From Verrucomicrobiota bacterium (GTDB lineage: Bacteria > Verrucomicrobiota > Verrucomicrobiia > Limisphaerales > JAYTXL01), in NCBI GenBank assembly GCA_043740915.1, contig JAYUBJ010000549.1, forward strand, positions 1-33,626: a stretch of DNA of 33,626 nucleotides, in the 5' to 3' direction. Each line of letters opens with the position of its first letter. Within the stretch, counting starts at the first letter, position 1. The notes beneath the pieces were generated by a model. It did not search any database and was not told where the DNA came from. It was given only the letters and a program-made list of their open reading frames with translations. Positions 9,140-17,897 of this stretch are shown here, one piece after another. The position numbers and the translations under genes were made by a program.

Positions 9140-9561
9140 AAACACTAAACCAGGTTCTCTCCGCCACCATTGCCGTTTTCGGCCTGGTCGGCTGCGCCAC
9201 TCCCTTCCGGGCTCCGCCCGACGTGGCTCAAATCCAGTTGGAACGGGTAGATTCCCCCGTCGTTATCGTCGAGAAAATCTGGCTGGAGCGGAAAGGCGGC
9301 CCGCTGGTCGTGAGAGGTTTTGTCCTGAAGCGGCTGGAGGCTGAAGACACCACTCAGACCCACCTTGACGTTACACTTTACGACGCGACCGGGCAGGTGC
9401 TGCGTCAGACCGTCGAGCATTTCGAACCCCGGCAAATTCCACGCCGTTACCGTCGGCCCGACGACGCAATCTATCGCGTCCCACTCGACCCGCTGCCTCC
9501 TGGCACGTTCCGGATCGAAGTACGGGCGCATGAAGGGAACGACGCGGCGCATCACGGCTAG
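9136..9561 (+). CDS. Hypothetical lipoprotein coupled to RND pump 1
   Basis: ATGA overlap with the RND stop. Lipoprotein signal MKTLNQVLSATIAVFGLVGC, a beta-rich body and a C-terminal HEGNDAAHHG. Confidence 0.6.
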   Translation: MKTLNQVLSATIAVFGLVGCATPFRAPPDVAQIQLERVDSPVVIVEKIWLERKGGPLVVRGFVLKRLEAEDTTQTHLDVTLYDATGQVLRQTVEHFEPRQIPRRYRRPDDAIYRVPLDPLPPGTFRIEVRAHEGNDAAHHG

Positions 9562-9581
9562 CACGGTTTCGGAGAACGGCC

Positions 9582-9830
9582 ATGAGCAAACGAAAGTCGC
9601 CAAGACCTCAATTTGCCATGACCGGGATGGTAGTGGGTGCCTGCGCGGGAATGGCCGTGGGCCTAGTCATCGAGATAGTCAGGCGACGCAGTATGATCGT
9701 CATGCAGGCCGGCGGAATTATAGGAATTGCTGTCGGCGCATTGGCTGAGTCGGTTCGGTTCTGGTGGCGCAAATACCGCGACGGAAAGTTGCGCAAGGAA
9801 GAGAGGCTACCGGCAAACACCCGACGGTGA
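9582..9830 (+). CDS. Hypothetical small membrane protein (two predicted TM segments)
   Basis: ATG start with a basic N-terminus, two Gly/Ala-rich hydrophobic stretches and a basic tail. There is no homology signal; the call rests on position and hydrophobicity only. Confidence 0.4.
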   Translation: MSKRKSPRPQFAMTGMVVGACAGMAVGLVIEIVRRRSMIVMQAGGIIGIAVGALAESVRFWWRKYRDGKLRKEERLPANTRR

Positions 9831-9838
9831 ATCCGCAC

Positions 9839-10129
9839 TCAGTCAACGTAGCGTTCCAACACGCTCATAAGTTCACGCAATTTACGGCGCGCGTCGGCGG
9901 GGGACGACGCGTGCTCGATGCAGTGCTCCATGTGCGAGTGAATGAGCTTTTCGGAAAGTGCCTTGATGGCGCGTCGGGCGGACACCAACTGCATAAGGAC
10001 CTCAGGGCAGTCGTAGTCCTTGGCCAACATGCGTTCGACGGCGTTGAGCTGCCCGGTGATTTTGCGCAGCCGGGTGGTCAAGGCTTGGGTTTCCTCCGGG
10101 GGATGGGACTCGGGGTGATGGCTAGACAT
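9839..10129 (-). CDS. CsoR/RcnR/InrS-family metal-sensing transcriptional repressor
   Basis: RLRKITGQLNAVERMLAKDYDCPEVLMQLVSARRAIKALSEKLIHSHMEHC. Cys41, His66 and Cys70 have the 25/4 spacing of the CsoR C-H-C fingerprint. The N-terminus MSSHHPESH is His-rich. ATG 10129 is chosen because the longer ORF to 10204 would cover the operator-like site. Confidence 0.85.
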   Translation of the reverse strand: MSSHHPESHPPEETQALTTRLRKITGQLNAVERMLAKDYDCPEVLMQLVSARRAIKALSEKLIHSHMEHCIEHASSPADARRKLRELMSVLERYVD

Positions 10130-10185
10130 GAGCCGATCATGCGCAAGAATTCCGCTTGCCGCGAGCCGATAATCAAGCTTGCGGG

Positions 10186-10206
10186 CTATGGGGGGAGGGG
10201 GCATAG
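10186..10206. promoter_or_regulatory. Candidate CsoR/RcnR-type operator (AT-containing inverted arms flanking a G-tract)
   Basis: CTATG-GGGGGAGGGGG-CATAG lies in the divergent intergenic region, 10 bp upstream of the permease ATG at 10216. The architecture matches E. coli RcnR sites (TACT-G6-N-AGTA). Confidence 0.5.
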
Positions 10207-10215
10207 GTCACCCCG

Positions 10216-11265
10216 ATGAACTCTACCGTCCTCACCACCATCGCCGTCACCGGCTTCACCATCGCGTTCCTGCACGCGGCAATTCCGACACATTGGCTGC
10301 CGTTCGTCCTCACGGGGCGCGTGCAGAAGTGGAGCCGGGGGAAAACCTTGCTCGTGACGGCCATTTGCGGGTCGGGCCATGTGCTTTTTACCGCAATTCT
10401 GGGGTTTCTGGTGGCGTGGCTGGGCTTTGCGCTCAACGAGCGCGTCGGAGCGTGGTTTCCCCGCATTGCGGGCGGAGCGCTGCTGGCGTTCGGTCTGTTT
10501 TACGTTTACCGTCAGTTTTCCGGGCATGGTCACGGGCACAGCCACATGTTTGGCGGGCATCATCACCCCGAGCACGCTGAGGGCGACGATCACAAGCACG
10601 GCGCGCACGGTGGTCCCTTGGTGGACACTGGTCACGGCAACATCGAATTGAGTGTATTCGAGACCGGAGTGCCGCCACGTTTCCGGCTCTATTTCACCGA
10701 TGCGAAAAACGGTGAGGCGGCTCCGCCTTCTCCTGTTAACATCGGCCTGAACACGCTGCGGCCTGATGCCACCCGGCAGGTTTTCACCTTCAAGACGGGT
10801 CCGGGTTACCTGGAATCCAACGAGGACATTCCCGAGCCACATGAATTCAGGGTGTTTCTCGAACTGGGTCACGGGAACCATGTCCACAAACACGAGGTGG
10901 AGTTTATCGAGGATCATCATCACGGCGAGCACGGACACGACCATTCGGAGCCAGAGGTAAAGCCGCCAGCACCGGCAAAATCTGACTGGGCCGCGATGGT
11001 GAGTCTGTTCGTGCTGCTCACCTTCTCACCCTGTGAAGGCTTCATCCCCGTTTATGTCTCGGGCGTGCGCTATGGGTGGAGCGGCTTCGCTCTGCTAACA
11101 GCCATTCTTTCGATTGGCACGGTGCTTGGCATGGTGGTGTTCACCTGGCTTACCCTTATCGGCCTTGAAAAACTCAAGATGAAATGGGTCGAACGTTACG
11201 AGAGCGGCGTGCTCGGTGGGCTGCTCTGTTTGCTGGGTTTGTTCGTCATTTTGTTTGAGAAATAG
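10216..11265 (+). CDS. RcnA/NicO-like His-rich metal permease with a large inserted loop domain
   Basis: 3+3 TM layout. Motif FLHAAIPTHW is in TM1 and SPCEGFIPVY in TM4. The central loop (aa 101-256) holds His tracts (GHGHGHSH, GGHHHPEH, EDHHHGEHGHDH). The gene is divergent from a CsoR/RcnR-type repressor, as in E. coli rcnR-rcnA. Confidence 0.6.
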   Translation: MNSTVLTTIAVTGFTIAFLHAAIPTHWLPFVLTGRVQKWSRGKTLLVTAICGSGHVLFTAILGFLVAWLGFALNERVGAWFPRIAGGALLAFGLFYVYRQFSGHGHGHSHMFGGHHHPEHAEGDDHKHGAHGGPLVDTGHGNIELSVFETGVPPRFRLYFTDAKNGEAAPPSPVNIGLNTLRPDATRQVFTFKTGPGYLESNEDIPEPHEFRVFLELGHGNHVHKHEVEFIEDHHHGEHGHDHSEPEVKPPAPAKSDWAAMVSLFVLLTFSPCEGFIPVYVSGVRYGWSGFALLTAILSIGTVLGMVVFTWLTLIGLEKLKMKWVERYESGVLGGLLCLLGLFVILFEK

Positions 11266-11276
11266 CATGTAATCTT

Positions 11277-13283
11277 ATGGCCTCCGACGATCACACGAGC
11301 GAACCGCACGATAAGCAGGAGCACGGTTGCGACCATGACCACGACGAACACAAGGGTCACGATCATGGCCATGAGGGGTGCAACCATGAGAACAGCGATA
11401 GCCGAGCTGTCACGGTGAGTCTTGCCGTCTCCGGGATCTTGGTCGGGGTGGGCTTGCTGCTGCACTGGCTCCAAATCGGCCCGGAGCTGCTGGCCACCGG
11501 TGTATTCTTGGCTGCGATTTCCGTCGGAGGATGGATGCTGCTGCCAGGAGCGTGGGCTGCCTTGCGCGCAATGCGGCCCAATATCAGCTCGCTCATGGTC
11601 ATTGCCGTGGTGGGCGCGTCCGTCATTGGCGAATGGGCCGAGGCCGCCACCGTGGTGTTCCTCTTTGGCATCGCGGAATGGCTCGAAGGTTGGGCGGACC
11701 GGCGTGCGCAACGCGCCGTCGAGGCGTTATTGGAAATTGCTCCGAAGAATGCGACGGTAAAACGCGACGGTAAGTTTACCGAAGTGCCCGCGGAAGAGGT
11801 GCGCGTAGACGAAACGGTCGCGGTGAAGTCAGGGATGAACATCCCGCTCGATGGTGCCGTGCTCGTCGGTGAATCGGCGGTCAACCAAGCGCCGATCACC
11901 GGTGAGTCCGTTCCGGTGGATAAAAAACCGGGGGACCCGGTTTTTGCCGGCACCGTCAACGGTGAGGGCTCGTTGGAAATCCGCGTTACCAAGGTGGCCG
12001 GAGACTCCACACTCGCCCGCATCATTCGCCTCGTGAAGGAAGCGCAGGAACAGAAAGCCCCGACGCAGCGGTTTGTGGATGTGTTCGCCCGGTATTATAC
12101 GCCAGCGGTTACGGTAATTGCGCTGCTCATTTTTCTTGTGCCTCCACTCCTGCTGCACGGCGACTGGTCGCAATGGCTCTATCGCGCCTGCGTTCTGTTG
12201 ATCATCGCCTGCCCGTGCGCGCTGGTGATTTCCACTCCGGTGAGCATCGTTGCCGGTCTGACCGCACTGGCGAAACGCGGTGTGCTCGTGAAAGGCGGAG
12301 CGCATCTGGAATCCATTGCGAAGCTCAAGGCCCTCGCGGTGGACAAGACCGGCACGATCACAGAGGGCAAGCCGCAGGTGCAAGGTGTCGAAATGCTCCA
12401 TCAAAACTCCGAGCAGGAAATTCTTCGCATCGCAGCGGCGATTGACGACCACTCATCGCACCCGTTGGCAAAAGCCGTGGTTGATCATGCCAAAACCCGA
12501 GGCGTCGCCTTCCCGCGCGCGGAAAACTTTCAGGCCCGGAGTGGTCGCGGGGCCGAGGGCGTTGTCGAGGGGCACGCTTACTTTGTCGGAAATCACCGCT
12601 ATACGCATGAACTGGGCGTATGCTCAGAGGACATCGAGCGCCGCTTGGCTGCCATCGAAAGCAAAGGTCAGTCGGTGATCGTCGTCGGCCATCGGCCGCA
12701 TGACAACTGTGCAGGCGAAGTGCTCGGCATCATCGCGGTCGGTGATACCGTGCGGCCCCATGCCGCAGAGGCCATCCGGGCGTTACACGCCGCGGGAATT
12801 GAATCCGTTGTGATGTTGAGCGGCGACAATCAGCGCACGGCGGACTCCATCGCGAAACAAGTGGGCATAGACGAAGCGCGCGGCGACTTGCTGCCGGCCG
12901 ATAAAGTTGAAGCCGTCAAGGCGCTCCGGGAAAAGCACGGCTCGGTCGGCATGGTTGGTGATGGGGTGAATGACGCGCCGGCAATGGCAACGGCCACGGT
13001 CGGTATCGCGATGGGTGGCGTCGGCACGGATGCGGCTATCGAAACGGCGGATGTCACGTTGATGACGGACGACTTGGGCAAAATCGCCGAAACCATCCGA
13101 CTCGGCCGGCGCACGCTCGGCATCATTCGCTTCAACATCGCGTTCGCCCTAGCTCTAAAAGCGCTTTTTCTCATCCTGACTCTCCTCGGTCACGCCAGCC
13201 TTTGGCTGGCAATCATGGCTGACACGGGCGCGACCCTTCTTGTTGTTGGCAACTCGCTGAGATTGTTACGCCCAGCCTCTTAG
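11277..13283 (+). CDS. Heavy-metal translocating P1B-type ATPase, Zn/Cd/Pb (P1B-2) signature
   Basis: Motifs CPCALVISTP, DKTGTITEG, TGES, GDGVNDAPA, and the TM8 motif MADTGATLLVVGNSLRLL typical of ZntA/CadA. The N-terminus is His-rich (HDKQEHGCDHDHDEHKGHDHGHEGCNHEN) and replaces a CxxC HMA domain. Confidence 0.95.
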   Translation: MASDDHTSEPHDKQEHGCDHDHDEHKGHDHGHEGCNHENSDSRAVTVSLAVSGILVGVGLLLHWLQIGPELLATGVFLAAISVGGWMLLPGAWAALRAMRPNISSLMVIAVVGASVIGEWAEAATVVFLFGIAEWLEGWADRRAQRAVEALLEIAPKNATVKRDGKFTEVPAEEVRVDETVAVKSGMNIPLDGAVLVGESAVNQAPITGESVPVDKKPGDPVFAGTVNGEGSLEIRVTKVAGDSTLARIIRLVKEAQEQKAPTQRFVDVFARYYTPAVTVIALLIFLVPPLLLHGDWSQWLYRACVLLIIACPCALVISTPVSIVAGLTALAKRGVLVKGGAHLESIAKLKALAVDKTGTITEGKPQVQGVEMLHQNSEQEILRIAAAIDDHSSHPLAKAVVDHAKTRGVAFPRAENFQARSGRGAEGVVEGHAYFVGNHRYTHELGVCSEDIERRLAAIESKGQSVIVVGHRPHDNCAGEVLGIIAVGDTVRPHAAEAIRALHAAGIESVVMLSGDNQRTADSIAKQVGIDEARGDLLPADKVEAVKALREKHGSVGMVGDGVNDAPAMATATVGIAMGGVGTDAAIETADVTLMTDDLGKIAETIRLGRRTLGIIRFNIAFALALKALFLILTLLGHASLWLAIMADTGATLLVVGNSLRLLRPAS

Positions 13284-13304
13284 CGTCTGTGAAACATTCC
13301 AAAA

Positions 13305-13877
<573 letters not shown>

Positions 13878-13942
13878 CGGTCTTTCCGAGCCCGGCAAGG
13901 CTCTTCTTGCGTCAATGGGGCTGGAGCGATTGGCTGGCGACA

Positions 13943-14635
13943 ATGCGTGTGCTCGTAGTCGAAGACGAACCCAAAACGGCGGCGTTCCTGAAAAAGGGGC
14001 TGGCGCAAAACGGGTTCGCGCCGATGGTCAGTGACCGCGGTGATGAGGCGCTGGCACTTGCGAAAACGGAGCGGTTCGACGCCATTATCTTGGATGTTGC
14101 ACTGCCGCAGCTCAGCGGATTTGGCATCCTATCGGCTCTCCGTGCGACAGGTGATCGGACTCCGGTCTTGTTTCTCACGGCCCGTGACGCGGTTGCCGAC
14201 CGGCTGCGCGGCTTTGAACTCGGAGCCGACGATTATCTCGTGAAGCCCTTTTCGTTTTCCGAGTTGCTCGCGCGGCTTCGTTCAATCCTGCGTCGTGTTA
14301 AAGGTGGGGAGACCGACACGGTTATCCGGGTTGCCGATCTTGAACTAGATTTGCCGCGAATGCGGGCGGTGCGCGGAGGCCAGAGGCGCGATCTGACGGC
14401 AAAGGAGTTCCTGTTGCTCGCGCTGCTTGCACGTCGGCAAGGCGAGGTGCTGTCTCGCACAGTCATCGCCGAGCAGGTTTGGGACATGAATTTCGACAGT
14501 GATACCAACGTGGTGGAGGTCGCAATTCGCCGGTTGCGACGGAAAATTGACGACCCTTTCCGGACGAAGCTAATCCACACCGTTCGCGGAGTCGGCTACA
14601 CATTGACCGATTTGGAACATGGCAACCGCATCTAA
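13943..14635 (+). CDS. OmpR-family heavy-metal response regulator (CusR/CopR-like)
   Basis: MRVLVVEDEPKTAAFLKKGL...DAIILDVALPQLSGF...GADDYLVKPFSFSELLARLRSILRR plus a winged-helix C-terminus (IHTVRGVGYTL). ATG 13943 is preferred to 13874. Confidence 0.92.
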   Translation: MRVLVVEDEPKTAAFLKKGLAQNGFAPMVSDRGDEALALAKTERFDAIILDVALPQLSGFGILSALRATGDRTPVLFLTARDAVADRLRGFELGADDYLVKPFSFSELLARLRSILRRVKGGETDTVIRVADLELDLPRMRAVRGGQRRDLTAKEFLLLALLARRQGEVLSRTVIAEQVWDMNFDSDTNVVEVAIRRLRRKIDDPFRTKLIHTVRGVGYTLTDLEHGNRI

Positions 14636-16052
14636 GAAATCGGCCCTTACAAGTCGGCAATGGTCGCTCACAACCCGGCTCACAGGCTTCTATGTCGGAT
14701 CGGTGGCGGTGCTGTTGGCGGCGTGCCTGGCCGGCTTGTATTTATCGCTGCGTGCTCAGATCGAGAAAGAAGACCGCGAATTCCTGCTCGAACAAGGCGC
14801 TTTGTTGCGTGCACTCATTCTTGAGGCACCAGAGCAGGCGCCACGATTGATCGCGCGATTGAAGGCCGGCCCGGGCCAGTCCTCTCTTTCGACCCTCTAC
14901 GTGCGGATCATCGATGCAGACGGCCGGATGAGCGGAGCGACGCCCGGCATCGCCCCGCTACCAATGAGCGAATTTCCGCCGCCGGCCAGACAGCAACCTG
15001 AATTCAAGTCGTGGGAGAACGCGGCCGGCCAGCGCTTCCTGCTGGCGACCTTGCGGATTGATAGCGGTTCGCACGACGGCCTCGTGCTGCAACTCGCCTT
15101 GAACCAATCGTCGGATGTTCAGTTCGGCGTGGTGTTGCGGCGAAACATGGGGCTGGCTTTGGCGGTGGGCGTTGTGCTGGCGGCGCTGATTGGAGCGTGG
15201 GTCGCGCGCTCTGCGCTCCGCCCACTGGAGACGCTGGCGAGCGCGACAACACAAGTGACAGCGCGACTGCTTCGTGCGCATTTTGATACCGCGGGCTGGC
15301 CGGTCGAACTGGCGCAACTGGCGGACGCATTTGGAAAGATGCTGGCACGCCTCGAAGAGTCGTTCGACCGGCTGGCGCAGTTTTCGGCCAACCTGTCGCA
15401 TGAGTTACGGACGCCGATCAACAACCTGCGCGGCGAAACTGAGATTGCCCTCACCCAAGCCAACCTGCCCGAGGAATACCGGGCCGTCCTCGAATCGAGC
15501 CTCGAAGAATTCGACCGTTTCAGCCGGCTGATCGACAACCTGCTGTTCATCGCCCAGGCGGAGAGCACCGAAACTAAGATTAGCGGTGAGGAACTGGACG
15601 TGCGGCGGGAAATCGCGGCAGTGTTGGAGTATTACGATGCCGTTGCCGAAGAGACGGGCGTGCAACTTAGCCAGCACGGGGAAGCGCGGTTGCGCGGTGA
15701 CACGGTATTATTTCGCCGGTTGCTCAGCAATTTGCTCTCGAATGCCCTGCGGCACACGCCACGCGGCGGAATGGTCCAAATTACGGCCGAGACGCTTTCC
15801 GACGGCGGCCTGGAGATTTGCGTGCGTGACACGGGTTCGGGCATCCCCGCCGAGTATTTGTCCCGCATCTACGACCGATTTTATCGAGTGGAGGTGACAC
15901 TGTACACCTCGGAGATAAAACGCGGCTTTGGTCTCGGATTGTCGATTGTCAAATCGATCATGGCGATGCATCATGGGACGGTCTCTGTTGAAAGCATGGT
16001 GGGGAAGGGAACGGTGGTGCGCCTCGTGTTCCCGGCAAACCGCGCAATATAG
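14619..16052 (+). CDS. Heavy-metal sensor histidine kinase (CusS/CopS-like)
   Basis: Two TM segments flank a periplasmic domain of about 120 aa. HAMP region, H-box FSANLSHELRTPINNL, N-box LLSNLLSNALRHTP, and G-boxes RDTGSGIP and GFGLGLSIV. It overlaps the regulator gene by 17 nt. Confidence 0.92.
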   Translation: MATASKKSALTSRQWSLTTRLTGFYVGSVAVLLAACLAGLYLSLRAQIEKEDREFLLEQGALLRALILEAPEQAPRLIARLKAGPGQSSLSTLYVRIIDADGRMSGATPGIAPLPMSEFPPPARQQPEFKSWENAAGQRFLLATLRIDSGSHDGLVLQLALNQSSDVQFGVVLRRNMGLALAVGVVLAALIGAWVARSALRPLETLASATTQVTARLLRAHFDTAGWPVELAQLADAFGKMLARLEESFDRLAQFSANLSHELRTPINNLRGETEIALTQANLPEEYRAVLESSLEEFDRFSRLIDNLLFIAQAESTETKISGEELDVRREIAAVLEYYDAVAEETGVQLSQHGEARLRGDTVLFRRLLSNLLSNALRHTPRGGMVQITAETLSDGGLEICVRDTGSGIPAEYLSRIYDRFYRVEVTLYTSEIKRGFGLGLSIVKSIMAMHHGTVSVESMVGKGTVVRLVFPANRAI

Positions 16053-16134
16053 TACCGGCCGCGGCAAGCTCAGATAACAAAATGGTCATCTGGCGGTCAG
16101 CACCGTGTCAGCCGCTCGGTGCTAGGCTGATGAG

Positions 16135-17895
16135 GTGGAAAATTCCGCCCCCCCGTCCACTACTCCCTTGTCCACTCCCTCCACTGGCGAATCGCCGGGC
16201 TATGCGCGCGACTTGTGGCGGCTCGCGCTCGTTTTGGGAGTGTTCTTTTTCGTTTTCCTGGGCAGCCGCCCGTTGAGCAATCCCGACGAAGGTCGATATG
16301 CGGAGATCCCGCGCGAGATGGCGCGGACCGGCGACTACGTGACGCCGCGATTGGACGGGGTAAAGTATCTTGAAAAACCGCCGCTCGTTTACTGGCTCTC
16401 GGCGCTCACATTTAAAATCGCAGGCGTCAGTGAAGGGAGCGCACGTGTCTGGTGCGCGGCGTTCGCGGTGTTTGGCGGACTCATCACTTACGCCGCCGGA
16501 CGGGCATTGTATGGTCGCGCAACGGGAATAGGCGCGGCGGCTGTGCTATCGCTTTCACTGCTCTACTACGTGCTAAGCCGAATAGTGCTCCTTGATTTGG
16601 TGCTGGCGGTGTGGATCGCCTCAGCGCTGTTTTCCTTCTTGCTTGCGGTGCGTGAACCGGCCTGCCGGAAGCGCCAACTGCTATTTCTGGCCTTTTACGC
16701 CAGTATGGCACTGGGGACGCTAACGAAGGGTCTCGTCGGCTTCCTGCTCCCATGCGCGGTCGCGGGTTTGTGGGTGCTGGCGTTGAACCAATGGCGCGCG
16801 TTGCGACCATTTTATCCCTTCACGGGGACGCTGTTGTTCTTGAGCATTGCTGCGCCGTGGCACGTGTTGGCGGCAAGGGCCAATCCCGATTTTCTGTGGT
16901 TCTACTTCGTTCACGAACATTTCCTGCGGTTTACCACTCAGGTGCATGGCCGCTACGAAGCGTGGTGGTTCTTCGTTCCGGTATTGCTGGGCGGTCTTTT
17001 CCCGTGGGTGGTGTTTCTGCCGCAGGCGATCCGTATAGCGCTTTCCGGTGGCTGGCGCGACCGGCACAAAAATAGCGTGGCGTGGTTCTTGGTAATTTGG
17101 ATCGCATTCATCTTTTTGTTTTTCTCCAAATCGCAGTCGAAGCTTGTGCCTTACATCCTGCCGGTATTCCCGGCGGTGGCCATGCTGATCGGACGGTACC
17201 TGGCAAATGTGTGGACCCAGCCGCGCGCGGCTGGTCTTCGTCAGGGGCTCATCGGGTATGTGGCGCTGTGCGGTCTGTTTGCCATCGGGGTTGTGATCGC
17301 GAAAGTGAGTAGAGACGCAGCGGTGGCGGCTGAATTGCGGCCGTGGCAATGGAGCCTCGCGGCCCTTTTTGTCATTACTGGCATTTCGATTGCGGCCTTG
17401 CTTCGACGCCATGGCGAGCGCAAGGCACTCGCAGTGCTCCTGTTATCGACCGCCGCGCTGTTCATTGCGCTCAACCTGGTTGGTGAGAAAGTGGATCGTC
17501 GCTCAACCAAGCCGCTGGCTTTGCTGCTCGCGGGTCAGCTCCGGCCTGGTGACGAAGTGTATGCTTACCGGGAGTATTTTCAGGATTTCCCGGCGTATCT
17601 CGACCGGCTCGTCTCAGTCGTCGATTACGAGGGCGAGCTGGCTTTTGGGATTCACGCCGAGCCAGAAAGAACCGCGCCGCGATTTTTGAGCTGCGAGGCG
17701 TTCCTTGCGAAGTGGCGTGAACCCAGGCGGCAATTCGCCATTGCGCGCCAGCGTGACGTCGCCGACCTGCTGACGAGAAGCCCTTTTCCCCATGTCGTGT
17801 TGGGCACGTTTCGCGAGCAGGTGCTTTTGGCGAACCGCCCCCTATCGCCCGAAGCGCCGCTGGCCCGAGTTAACCTGATCGCCAAACCCGATTGA
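16135..17895 (+). CDS. arnT: ArnT-like GT-C glycosyltransferase (lipid A 4-amino-4-deoxy-L-arabinose transferase family)
   Basis: NPDEGRYAEIPREMARTGDYVTPRLDGVKYLEKPPLVYW, TKGLVGFLLP, APWHVLAARANPDFLWFYFVHEHFLRF and FFVPVLLGGLFPWVVFLPQA align motif by motif with E. coli ArnT as I recall it. The C-terminal GELAFGIHAEPERTAPRFLSCEAFLAKW does too. GTG start. Confidence 0.8.
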   Translation: MENSAPPSTTPLSTPSTGESPGYARDLWRLALVLGVFFFVFLGSRPLSNPDEGRYAEIPREMARTGDYVTPRLDGVKYLEKPPLVYWLSALTFKIAGVSEGSARVWCAAFAVFGGLITYAAGRALYGRATGIGAAAVLSLSLLYYVLSRIVLLDLVLAVWIASALFSFLLAVREPACRKRQLLFLAFYASMALGTLTKGLVGFLLPCAVAGLWVLALNQWRALRPFYPFTGTLLFLSIAAPWHVLAARANPDFLWFYFVHEHFLRFTTQVHGRYEAWWFFVPVLLGGLFPWVVFLPQAIRIALSGGWRDRHKNSVAWFLVIWIAFIFLFFSKSQSKLVPYILPVFPAVAMLIGRYLANVWTQPRAAGLRQGLIGYVALCGLFAIGVVIAKVSRDAAVAAELRPWQWSLAALFVITGISIAALLRRHGERKALAVLLLSTAALFIALNLVGEKVDRRSTKPLALLLAGQLRPGDEVYAYREYFQDFPAYLDRLVSVVDYEGELAFGIHAEPERTAPRFLSCEAFLAKWREPRRQFAIARQRDVADLLTRSPFPHVVLGTFREQVLLANRPLSPEAPLARVNLIAKPD

Positions 17896-17897
17896 TC

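Noticed and set aside
10186-10944. 252-aa minus-strand ORF opposite the RcnA-like gene
   Set aside because: It is antisense to a gene with coherent TM topology and His-loop architecture, and it would also run through the operator-like site.
16099-16123. Hairpin AGCACCG-n11-CGGTGCT between the kinase gene and the arnT-like gene
   Set aside because: It has a 7-bp stem but an 11-nt loop and no U-tract. It could be an attenuator or coincidental in GC-rich DNA, so it is not called as a feature.
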